From: Centroscyllium fabricii
Taxonomy: Eukaryota
Assembly: GCA_051313645.2 (NCBI GenBank)
Contig: JBNRSN020000034.1
Location: 23,994,001 to 24,058,000 of the forward strand
Direction: 5' to 3'
DNA length: 64,000 bases
The notes under the pieces: generated by a model
What the model was told of the DNA's origin: nothing
The model's database searches: none
Seen by the model: only the letters and a program-made list of their open reading frames with translations
Part shown: piece by piece, positions 47,460 to 59,400 of the stretch
Layout: each line of letters begins with the position of its first letter
Position numbering within the stretch: the stretch's first letter is position 1
Program-made: the position numbers and the translations under genes

Positions 47460-50400
47460 TTTGGAAGGTAGTTTGGAGAAGGGATTGGAAGGTAAATTGG
47501 AGAAGGGTTTGGAAGGTAGTTTGGAGGAGGGTTTGGAAGGTAGTTTGGAGAAGGGTTTGGAAGGTAGTTTGGAGGAGGGTTTAGAAGGTAGTTTGGAGGA
47601 GGGTTTAGAAGGTAAATTTGAGAAGGGATTAGAAGGTAGTTTGAAGAAGGGTTTGGAAGGTAGTTTGGAGAAGGGTTTAGAAGGTAAATTGGAGAAGGGT
47701 TTGGAAGGTAGTTTGGAGAAGGGTTTAGAAGGTAAATTGGAGAAGGGTTTGGAAGGTAGTTTGGAGGAGGGTTTAGAAGGTAGTTTGGAGGAGGGTTTAG
47801 AATGTAGTTTGGAGGAGGGTTTAGAAGGTAAATTTGAGAAAGGTTTGGAAGGTAAATAGGAGAAGGGTTTGGAAGGTAGTTTGGAGAAGGGTTTGGAAGG
47901 TAAATTGGAGAAGGGTTTGGAAGGTAGTTTGGAGAAGGGTTTGGAAGGTAAATTTGAGAAGGGTTTAGAAGGTAATTTGGATAAGGATTTGGATGGTAGT
48001 TTGGAGAAGGGTTTCGAAGGGTAGTTTGGAGAAGGGTTTAGAAGTTAGTTTGGAGAAAGGTTTGAAAGGTAGTTTGGAGAAGGATTTAGACGGTAGTTTG
48101 GAGAAGGATTTAGAAGGTAGTTTGGAGAAAGGTTTGGAAGGTAGTTTAGAGAAGGATTTAGATGGTAAATTGGAGAAGGGTTTGGAAGGTAGTTTAGAGA
48201 TGGGTGTGTAAGGTAGTTGGAGCCCGGTTTTGAAGCAAGTTTGGGGAAGGGTTTGGAAGGTAGTTGGAGAAGGGTTTGGAAGGTCAATTTGAGAATGGTT
48301 TGGAAGGTCAATTTGAGAAGGGTTTGGAAGGTAGTTTGGGGAAGGGTTTGGAAGGTAAATCTGAGAAGGGTTTGGAAGGTAGTTTGGAGAAGTGTTTGGA
48401 AGGTAGTTTGGTGAAGGGTTTAGAAAGTAGTTTGGGGTAGGCTTTGGAAGGTGGTTTGGAGAAGGGGTTAGAAGGTAGTTTGGAGAAGGGTTGAGGAGTT
48501 GGTTTGGGGAAGGGGTTAGAAGGTGGTTTGGAGAAGGGTTTGGAAGGTAGTTTGGAGAAGGGTTTGGAAGGTAGTTTGGGGAAGGGTGTGGATGATAAAT
48601 TGGAGATGGGTTTTGAAGATAGTTTGGAGAAAGGTTTGGGAGGTATTTTTGGAGATGGATTTGGAAGGTAGCTTGGAGAAAGGTTTGGAAGGTAGTTTGG
48701 GGAAGGGTTTAGAAGGTAGTTTCGAGAAGGGTTTGGATGGTACTTTGGAGAAGGGTTTGGTAGGTAGATGTGATATGGGTTTGGAAGCTAGTTTGAGGAA
48801 GGATTTGGAAGGTCATTTGGAGATGGGTGTGTAAGGTAGTTGGAGCCCGGTTTTGAAGCAAGTTTGGGGAACAGTTTGGAAGGTAGTTGGAGAAGTGTTT
48901 GGAAGGTCAATTTGAGAATGGTTTGGAAGGTAGTTTGGAGAAGGGCTTTGTAGGTAAGTTTGAGAAGGGTTTGGAAGGTAGTTTGGGGAAGGGTTTGGAA
49001 GGTAAATCTGAGAAGGGTTTGGAAGGTAGTTTGGAGACGGGTTAAGAAGGTAGTTTAGTGAAGGGTTTAGAAAGTAGTTTGGGGAAGGGTTTAGAAGGTG
49101 GTTTGGAGAATGTTTTGGAAGGTAGGTTTGAGAAGGTTTTGGAAGCAAGTTTGTGGAAGGGTTTGTAAGGTTGTTGAAGAAGGGTTTGGAAGGTAGTTTG
49201 GAGAAGGGTTTGGAAGGTAGTTTGGAGAAGGATTTGGAAGGTAGTTTGGAGAAGGGTTTAGAAGGTAAATTTGAGAAGGGTTTGGAAGGTAGTTTGGAGA
49301 AGGGTTTGGAAGGTAGTTTGGAGAAGGCTTTAGAAGGAAGTTTGGAGAAGGGATTAGAAGGTAAGTTTGAGAAGGGTTTGGAAGGTAGTTTGGGGAAGGG
49401 TTTGGAAGGTAAATTTGAGAAGGGTTTGGGGAAGGGTTTGGAAGGTAAATTTGAGAAGGGTTTGGACGGTAGTTTGGCGAAGGGTTTAGAGGGTAGTTCG
49501 GAGAAGGATTTGGAACGTAGATTGGAGAAGGGTTTAGAGGGTAGTTTGGAGAAGGATTTGGAAGGTAGTTTGGGGAAGGTTTCGGAAGGTAGTTTGGAGA
49601 ACGGTTTAGAATGTAGTGTGGAGAATGTTTTGGAAGGTAGTTTGGAGAAGGGTTTAGAAGGTAAATTGGAGAATGATTTGGAAGGTAGTTTGGAGAAGGG
49701 TTTAGAGGGTAGTTTGGAGAAGGATTTGGAAGGTAGTTTGGAGAAGGGTTTAGAAGGTAGTTTGGGGAAGGTTTAGAATGTAGTGTGGAGAATGTTTTGG
49801 AAGGTAGTTTGGAGAAGGTTTTAGAAGGTAAATTTGAGAAGGGTTTAGAAGGTAGTTTGGAGAAGGTTTTAGAAGGTAAATTTGAGAAGGGTTTGGGAGG
49901 TAGTTTGGAGAAGGGTTTGGAAGGTAAATTGGAGAAGGGATTGGGAGGTTCATTTGAGAAGTGTATGGAAGGTCGTTTGGAAAAGGCATTAGAACGTAGT
50001 TTGGAGCAGGTTTAGAAGGTAGTTTGGTGAAGGGCTTGGTGGATAGTTTGGAGAAGGGTTTGGAAGGCAGTTTGGGGAAGGGTTTAGAAGGTAGATTGGA
50101 GAAGAGTTTGGAAGGCAGTTTGGAGAAGGGTTTGGAAGATAGTTTGGGGAACAATTTGGAAAGTAGTTTGGAGTTGGGTTTAGAAGGTAGTTTAAAGAAG
50201 GGTTTAGAAGGTAGCTTGGAGAAGGCTTTGAAACGTAGGTTGGTGAAGGGTTTTGAAGGTAGTTTAGAGAAGCGTTTGGTAGATAGTTTGGAGATTGGTT
50301 TAGAAGGTAGATTGGCGAAGGGTTTAGAAGGTAAATTTGAGAAGGTTTGGAAGGTCGTTTCGAGAACTATTTAGAAGGTAGTTTGGGGAATGGTTTGGAA

Positions 50401-53400
50401 GGTAGCTTGGAGAATGGTTTGGAAACTACTTTGGAGAAGGGTTTGGAAGGTAGTTTGGGGAAGTGTTTGGAAGGTAGTTTGGAGAAGGGTTTGGCAGGTA
50501 GTTTGGGGAAGGGTGTGCACGGTACATTGGAGATGGGTTTGGAAGATCGTTTGGAGGAAGGTTTGGAAGGTATTTTTGGAGATGGATTTGGAAGTTAGTT
50601 TGGAGAAAGGTTTGGAAGGTATTTTTGGGGAAGGGTTTGGAAGGTAGTTTGAAGAAGGATTTGGAAATAGTTTGGAGAAGGGTTTAGAAGCTAGTTTGGG
50701 GAAGGGTTTAGAAGGTACTTTGGAGAAGGGTTTGTAAGGTAGTTTGGAGAAGGGTTTAGAAGGTAGTTTGGGGAAGGATTTGGAAGGTAGTTGGTGTAGG
50801 GTTTGGAAGGTAAATTTGAGAATGGTTTGGAAGGTAGTTTGGAGAAGGGTTTGGAAGGTAGTTTGGAGAAAGATTTGGACGGTAGGTTTGGGAAGGGTTT
50901 GGAAGTTAGTTTGGAGAAGTGTTTGGAAGGTAAATTGGAGAAGGGTTTAGAAGGTAGTTTGGAGAAGGGTTTGGAAGGTAGTTTGGGGAAGGTTTTGGAA
51001 GGTAGTTTGGAGAACGGTTTAGAATGTAGTGTGGAGAATGTTTTGGAAGGTAGTTTGGAGAAGGTTTTAGAAGGTAAATTTGAGAAGGGTTTAGAAGGTA
51101 GTTTGGAGAAGGTTTTAGAAGGTAAATTTGAGAAGGGTTTGGGAGGTAGTTTGGAGAAGGGTGTGGATGATAAATTGGAGATGGGTTTTGAAGATAGTTT
51201 GGAGAAAGGTTTGGGAGGTATTTTTGGAGATGGATTTGGAAGGTAGCTTGGAGAAAGGTTTGGAAGGTAGTTTGGGGAAGGGTTTAGAAGGTAGTTTCGA
51301 GAAGGGTTTGGATGGTACTTTGGAGAAGGGTTTGGTAGGTAGATGTGATATGGGTTTGGAAGCTAGTTTGAGGAAGGATTTGGAAGGTCATTTGGAGATG
51401 GGTGTGTAAGGTAGTTGGAGCCCGGTTTTGAAGCAAGTTTGGGGAACAGTTTGGAAGGTAGTTGGAGAAGTGTTTGGAAGGTCAATTTGAGAATGGTTTG
51501 GAAGGTAGTTTGGAGAAGGGCTTTGTAGGTAAGTTTGAGAAGGGTTTGGAAGGTAGTTTGGGGAAGGGTTTGGAAGGTAAATCTGAGAAGGGTTTGGAAG
51601 GTAGTTTGGAGACGGGTTAAGAAGGTAGTTTAGTGAAGGGTTTAGAAAGTAGTTTGGGGAAGGGTTTAGAAGGTGGTTTGGAGAATGTTTTGGAAGGTAG
51701 GTTTGAGAAGGTTTTGGAAGCAAGTTTGTGGAAGGGTTTGTAAGGTTGTTGAAGAAGGGTTTGGAAGGTAGTTTGGAGAAGGGTTTGGAAGGTAGTTTGG
51801 AGAAGGATTTGGAAGGTAGTTTGGAGAAGGGTTTAGAAGGTAAATTTGAGAAGGGTTTGGAAGGTAGTTTGGAGAAGGGTTTGGAAGGTAGTTTGGAGAA
51901 GGCTTTAGAAGGAAGTTTGGAGAAGGGATTAGAAGGTAAGTTTGAGAAGGGTTTGGAAGGTAGTTTGGGGAAGGGTTTGGAAGGTAAATTTGAGAAGGGT
52001 TTGGACGGTAGTTTGGGGAAGGGTTTGGAAGGTAAATTTGAGAAGGGTTTGGACGGTAGTTTGGCGAAGGGTTTAGAGGGTAGTTCGGAGAAGGATTTGG
52101 AACGTAGATTGGAGAAGGGTTTAGAGGGTAGTTTGGAGAAGGATTTGGAAGGTAGTTTGGGGAAGGTTTTGGAAGGTAGTTTGGGGAACGGTTTAGAATG
52201 TAGTGTGGAGAATGTTTTGGAAGGTAGTTTGGAGAAGGGTTTAGAAGGTAAATTGGAGAATGATTTGGAAGGTAGTTTGGAGAAGGGTTTAGAGGGTAGT
52301 TTGGAGAAGGATTTGGAAGGTAGTTTGGAGAAGGGTTTAGAAGGTAGTTTGGGGAAGGTTTAGAATGTAGTGTGGAGAATGTTTTGGAAGGTAGTTTGGA
52401 GAAGGTTTTAGAAGGTACATTTGAGAAGGGTTTAGAAGGTAGTTTGGAGAAGGTTTTAGAAGGTAAATTTGAGAAGGGTTTGGGGAGGTAGTTTGGAGAA
52501 GGGTTTGGAAGGTAAATTGGAGAAGGGATTGGGAGGTTCATTTGAGAAGTGTATGGAAGGTCGTTTGGAAAAGGCATTAGAACGTAGTTTGGAGCAGGTT
52601 TAGAAGGTAGTTTGGTGAAGGGCTTGGTGGATAGTTTGGAGAAGGGTTTGGAAGGCAGTTTGGGGAAGGGTTTAGAAGGTAGATTGGAGAAGAGTTTGGA
52701 AGGCAGTTTGGAGAAGGGTTTGGAAGATAGTTTGGGGAACAATTTGGAAAGTAGTTTGGAGTTGGGTTTAGAAGGTAGTTTAAAGAAGGGTTTAGAAGGT
52801 AGCTTGGAGAAGGCTTTGAAACGTAGGTTGGTGAAGGGTTTTGAAGGTAGTTTAGAGAAGCGTTTGGTAGATAGTTTGGAGATTGGTTTAGAAGGTAGAT
52901 TGGCGAAGGGTTTAGAAGGTAAATTTGAGAAGGTTTGGAAGGTCATTTCGAGAACTATTTAGAAGGTAGTTTGGGGAACGGTTTGGAAGGTAGCTTGGAG
53001 AATGGTTTGGAAACTACTTTGGAGAAGCGTTTGGAAGGTAGTTTGGGGAAGTGTTTGGAAGGTAGTTTGGAGAAGGGTTTGGCAGGTAGTTTGGGGAAGG
53101 GTGTGCACGGTACATTGGAGATGGGTTTGGAAGATCGTTTGGAGGAAGGTTTGGAAGGTATTTTTGGAGATGGATTTGGAAGTTAGTTTGGAGAAAGGTT
53201 TGGAAGGTATTTTTGGGGAAGGGTTTGGAAGGTAGTTTGAAGAAGGATTTGGAAATAGTTTGGAGAAGGGTTTAGAAGCTAGTTTGGGGAAGGGTTTAGA
53301 AGGTACTTTGGAGAAGGGTTTGTAAGGTAGTTTGGAGAAGGGTTTAGAAGGTAGTTTGGGGAAGGATTTGGAAGGTAGTTGGTGTAGGGTTTGGAAGGTA

Positions 53401-56400
53401 AATTTGAGAATGGTTTGGAAGGTAGTTTGGAGAAGGGTTTGGAAGGTAGTTTGGAGAAAGATTTGGACGGTAGGTTTGGGAAGGGTTTGGAAGTTAGTTT
53501 GGAGAAGTGTTTGGAAGGTAAATTGGAGAAGGGTTTAGAAGGTAGTTTGGAGAAGGATTTGGAAGGTAGTTTGGGGAAGGTTTTGGAAGGTAGTTTGGAG
53601 AACGGTTTAGAATGTAGTGTGGAGAATGTTTTGGAAGGTAGTTTGGAGAAGGTTTTAGAAGGTAAATTTGAGAAGGGTTTAGAAGGTAGTTTGGAGAAGG
53701 TTTTAGAAGGTAAATTTGAGAAGGGTTTGGGAGGTAGTTTGGAGAAGGGTTTGGAAGGTAAATTGGAGAAGGGATTGGGAGGTTCATTTGAGAAGTGTAT
53801 GGAAGGTCGTTTGGAAAAGGCATTAGAACGTAGTTTGGAGCAGGTTTAGAAGGTAGTTTGGGGAAGGGTTTAGAAGGTAGATTGGAGAAGAGTTTGGAAG
53901 GCAGTTTGGAGAAGGGTTTGGAAGATAGTTTGGGGAACGATTTGGAAGGTAGTTTGGAGTTGGATTTAGAAGGTAGTTTAGGGAAGGGTTTAGAAGGTAG
54001 CTTGGAGAAGGCTTTGAAACGTAGGTTGGTGAAGGGTTTTGAAGGTAGTTTAGAGAAGCGTTTGGAAGATAGTTTGGAGATTGGTTTAGAAGGTAGATTG
54101 GCGAAGGGTTTAGAAGGTAAATTTGAGAAGGTTTGGAAGGTCGTTTCGAGAACTATTTAGAAGGTAGTTTGGGGAACGGTTTGGAAGGTAGCTTGGAGAA
54201 TGGTTTGGAAACTAGTTTGGAGAAGGGTTTGGAAGGTAGTTTGGGGAAGTGTTTGGAAGGTAGTTTGGAGAAGGGTTTGGCAGGTAGTTTGGGGAAGGGT
54301 GTGCACGGTAAATTGGAGATGGGTTTGGAAGATCATTTGGAGGAAGGTTTGAAAGGTATTTTTGGAGATGGATTTGGAAGTTAGTTTGGAGAAAGGTTTG
54401 GAAGGTAGTTTGAAGAAGGATTTGGAAATAGTTTGGAGAAGGGTTTAGAAGCTAGTTTGGGGAAGGGTTTAGAAGGTACTTTGGAGAAGGGTTTGTAAGG
54501 TAGTTTGGAGAAGGGTTTAGAAGGTAGTTTGGGGAAGGATTTGGAAGGTAGTTGGTGTAGGGTTTGGAAGGTAAATTTGAGAAGGATTTGGAAGGTAGTT
54601 TGGGGAAGGGTATGTAAGGTAAATTTGAGAATGGTTTGGAAGGTAGTTTGGAGAAGGGTTTGGAAGGTAGTTTGGAGAAAGATTTGGACGGGAGGTTTGG
54701 GAAGGGTTTGGAAGTTAGTTTGGAGAAGTGTTTGGAAGGTAGTTTGGAGGAGTGTTTAGAAGGAAGTTTGGGGAAGGGTTTGAAAGGTAGGTTGGCGCAG
54801 GATTTGGAAGGTAGTTTGTAGAAGGGTTTGGAACGTAGTTTGGCGAAGGGTTTAGAAGTTAGTTTGCAGAATGGTTTGGAAGGTAGTTTGGAGAAGGGTT
54901 TGGAAGGTAGTCTGGAGAAGGGATTGGGAGGTAGTTTGGGGAAGGGTTTAGAAGTTAGTTTGCAGAATGGTTTGGATTGTAGTTTGGAGAAGGGTTTGGA
55001 AGTTCATTCGAGAAGCGTTTAGAAGGTGGTTTGGTGAAAGATTTGGAAGGTAGTTTGGAGAAGGCTTTGTAAGGTGGTTTGGAGAAGGATTTGGAAGGTA
55101 GTTTGGAGAAGGATTTATAAGGTAATTTGGTGAAGGATTTGGAAGGTAGTTTGGAGAAGGCTTTGGAAGGTAGTTTGGAGAAGGCTTTGGAAGGTGGTTT
55201 GGAGAAGGATTTGGAAGGTGGTTTGGAGAAGGATTTGGAAGGTAGTTTGGAGAAGGATTTATAAGGTCATTTGGGGAAGGTTTTGGAAGGTATTTTGGAG
55301 AAGGGTTTGGAAGGTAAATTTGAGAAGGGTTTGGAAGGTAGTTTGGAGAAGGGTTTGGAAGGGAGTTGGAGAAGGGCATTGGAAGGTAAATTTGAGCAGG
55401 GGTTGGAAGGTAGTTTAGAGAAATTTTTGGAAGGTAAGTTTGGAGAAAGGTTTGGAAGGTAGGTTTGGGAAGGGTTTGAAAGTTAGTTTGGAGAAGGTTT
55501 CGGAAGGTAGTTTGGAGAAGGGTTTGGAAGGGTTTGAAATGTAGGTTGGCGCAGGGTTTGGAAGGGAGTTTGTAGAATGGTTGCAAGGTAGTCTGGAGAA
55601 AGGTTTGGAAGGTAGTTTTGAGAAGGGATTAGAAGTTAGTTTGCAGAATGGTTTGTACGGTAGTTTGGAGAAGGTTTTGCAAGGTAGTTTGAAGACGGGT
55701 TGGAAGGTAGTCTGGAGAAGGGTTTGGAAGGTAGTTTGGAGAAGGGTTTAGAAGTTAGTTTGTGGAATGGTTTCGACGGTAGTTTGGTGAAGGCTTTGGA
55801 AGTTAGTTGGAGAAGGGTTTAGAAGGTAGTTTGGTGAAGGGTTTGGAAGATAGTTTGGAGAAGGGTTTGGAAGGTAGTTTGGTGAAGGATTTGGAAGGTA
55901 GTTTGGAGAAGGATTTGGAAGGTAGTTTGGGAAGGGTTTGGAAGGTAGTTTGGAGATCGGTTTGGAAGGTAGTTTGGAGAAAGGTTTAGAAGGTAGTTTG
56001 GGGAATGGTTTAGAAGGTAGTTTGGTGAAGGGTTTGGAAGGTACTTTGGAGATGGATTTGGAAGGTTGTTTGGTGAAGGGTTTGGAAAGTAGTTTGGAGA
56101 TGTGTTTGGAAGGCAGTGTGGAGAAGTGTTTGGAAGGCAGTGTGGAGATGGATTTGGAAGGTAGTTTGGGGAAGGGTTTAGAAGCTGGTTTGGAGAAGGG
56201 TTTGTAAGGTAGTTTGGAGAAGGGTCTGGTAGGTAGTTTTCAGATGGGTTTGGAAAGCAGTTTGGGGAAGGGTTTCGAAGGTAGTTTGGAGAAAGTTTTG
56301 GAAGGTAGTTTGGGGAAGGGTTTGGAAGGTAGTTGGAGAAGTGTTTGCAAGGTAGTTTGGAAGGTAAATTTGAGAAGGGTTTGGAAGGTAGTTTGGGGAA

Positions 56401-59400
56401 GAGTTTGTAAAGTAAATTTGAGAAGGGTTTAGAATGTAGTTTGGAGAAGGGGTTGGAAGGTAGGTTGGAGAAAGGTGAAGAAGGTAGTTTGGAGAATGCT
56501 TTAGAAGGTAGTTTGGAGAAGGGTTTGCAAGGAGGTTTGGAGAAGGGTTTGGAAGGTAGTTTGGAGAAGGGTTTTGAAGGTAGTTTGGAGAAAGCTTTGG
56601 AAGGGTTTGATAGGTAGGTTGCTGAAGGGTTTGGAAGGTAGTTTGGAGAAGGGATTAGAAGTTAGATTGGGGAAGGGTTTGGAAGGTAATTTGGATTAGT
56701 GTTTTGAATGTCATTTGGGGAAGGGTTTGGAAGGCAGTTTGGAGAAGGAATTGGAAGGTCGTTTGGAGAACGGTTTAGAAGGTAGTTTGGGGAAGTGTTT
56801 AGAAGGTAATTTGGGGAAGGGTTTAGAAGCTGGTTTGGAGAAGGGTTTGTAAGGTAATTTGGAGAAGGATCTGGTAGCTAGTTTTGAGATGGGTTTGGAA
56901 GGTAGTTTGGGGAAGTGTTTAGAAGGTAGTTTGGGGAAGGGTTTAGAAGCTGGTTTGGAGAAGGGTTTGTAAGGTAATTTGGAGAAGGAATCTGGTAGCT
57001 AGTTTTGAGATGGGTTTGGAAGGTAGTTTGGAGAACGTTTTGGAAGGTAGTTTGGGGAAGGGTTTGGAAGGTAGTTGGAGAAGGGTTTGGAAGGTAGTTG
57101 GAGAAAGGTTTGTAAAGTAAATTTGAGAAGGGTTTGGAAGGTAGTTTGGAGAAGGGGTTAGAAGGTTGTTTGGAAAAGGGTATGGAAGGTAATTTGGGGA
57201 AGGGTTTACAAGGTTGTTTGGAGAAGGGCTTGGAAGGTAGTTTGGAGAATGTTTTAGAAGGTAGTTTGGAGAAGGGTTTGCAAGGAGTTATGGAGAAGTG
57301 CTTAGAAGGTAAATTTGAGAAGGTTTAGAAGGTAGTTTGGAGAAGGTTTTGGAAGGTTGTTTGGAAAAGGGGTTTAGAACGTAAACTTGAGAAGGGGTAA
57401 GAATGTACTTTGGGAAGGGTTTGCAAGGTAGTTTGGAGAACTGTTTAGAAGGTAGTTTGGGGAAGGGTTTAGAAGGTATTTTGGGGAAGTCTTTAGAAAG
57501 TAGTTTGGGGAAGAGTTTGGAAGGTAAATTTGAGAAGGCTTTGGAACTTAGTTTGGAGAAGGGTTTGGAAAGTAGTTTGGGGAAGGGTTGGGAAGGTAAA
57601 TTGGAGAAGGGGTTGGAAATTAGTTTGGAGAAGGTTTTGGGGAAATTTTTGGAAGGTAGTTTGGAGAAGAGTTTTGGAGGTAGTTTGGGGAAGGTATTAG
57701 AAAGTAGATTGGGGAAGGGTTTGGAAGGTTGTTTGGAGAAGGCTTTCGAAGGTAGTTTAGGGAAGGGTGTGGATGGTATTTTGGAGATGGGTTTGGAAGG
57801 TAGTTTGGAGAATGTTTTGGAAGGTATTTTTGGAGAAGGGTTTGGAAGGTAGTTTCGGGAAAGGATTAGAAGGTAGATTGGGGAAGGGTTTGGAAGGTTG
57901 TTTGGAGAAGAGTTTAGATGGTAGTTTGGAGAAGGGTTTGGAAGGTAGTTTGGGGAAGTGTGTGGACGGTAAATTGGAGATGGGTTTGGAAGATAGTTTG
58001 GAGAAAGGTTTGGAAGGTATTTTTGGAGAAGGGTTTGGAAGGTAGTTTCGGGAAGGTTTTAGAAGGTAGCTTGGAGAATGGTTTGGAAGGCAGTTTGGAG
58101 AAGGAATTATAAGGTAGTTTGGAGAATGGTATAGAAGGTAGTTTGGGGAAAGGTTTAGAAGGTAGTTTGGAGAAGGGTGTGGAAGGGAGTTTGGAAAAGG
58201 GCTTAGAAGGTAGTTTAGAGAAGGGTTTAGGAGGTAGTTTGGAGAAGGTTTTAGAAGGTATTTTGGGGAATGGTATAGAAGGTAGTTTGGAGAAGGTTTT
58301 AGAAGGTATTTTAGGGAATGGTATAGAAGGTAGTTTGGAGAAGGTTTTAGAAGGTATTTTGGGGAAGGCTTTGGAAGGTAGTTTGGGGAATGGTTTAGAA
58401 GGTGGTTTGGAGAAGGGTTTGGTAGGTAGTTTTGAGATGGGTTTGGAAGGTAGTTTGGGGAAGGATTTGGAAGGTTGTTTGCAGAAGGGTGTGTAAGGTA
58501 GTTGGAGCCGGGTTTGGAAGCAGGTTTCGGGAAGGGCTTGGAAGTTAGTGGGAGAAGGGTTTGCAAGGTCAATTTGAGAAGGGTTTGGAAGGTAGTTTGG
58601 GGAAGGGTTTGGAATGTAAATTGGAGAAGTGTTTGGAAGGTAGTTTGGAGAAAGGTTTGGAAGGTAGTTTGTGGAAAGGTTTGGAAGGTAGTTTGGAGAA
58701 AGCTTTGGAAGATAAATTTGAGAAGGGTTTGGAAGGTAATTTTGAGAAGGTTTTGGAAGGTAGTTTGAAGAATGGTTTGGAAGGTGGTTTGCAGAAGCAT
58801 TTGGAAGGTAGTTTGGAGAAGCGTTTGTAAGGTAAATTAGAGAAGGGTTTAGAAGGTAATTTTGGGAAGGGTTTGGAAGCTAGTTTGGAGAAGGGTTTGG
58901 AAGGTAAGTTTGAGAAGGTTTGGAAGGTAGTTTGGAGAAGGATTTGGAAGGTAAATTTGAGAAGGGTTTGTAAGGTAGTTTGGAGAAGGGTTTGGAAGGT
59001 AAATTTGAGAAGGGTTTGTAAGGTAGTTTGGAGAAGGGTTTGGAAGGTGAATTTGAGAAGGGTTTTGAAGGTAGTTTTGGGAAGGGTGTGGAAGGGCATT
59101 TGGGGAAGGGTTTGGAAGGTAAATTGGAGAATGGTTTGGAAAGTAGTTTGGAGAAGTGTTTGGAAGGTAGTTTGGGGAAGGTTTTGGAAGGTAGCTTGGG
59201 GAAGGGTTTGGAAGATGGTTTGGAGAACGGTTTGGAAGGTAGTTTGAAGAAGTTTTTGGAATGTAGTTTGGAGAAAGCTTTGGAAGGGTTTGAATGGTAG
59301 CTTGGTGAAGGATTTGGAAGGTAGTTTGAAGAAGGGTTTGGAAGGTAAATTTGAGAAAGGTTTGGAATGTGAAATTGAGAAGGATTTAGAAAGTAGTTTG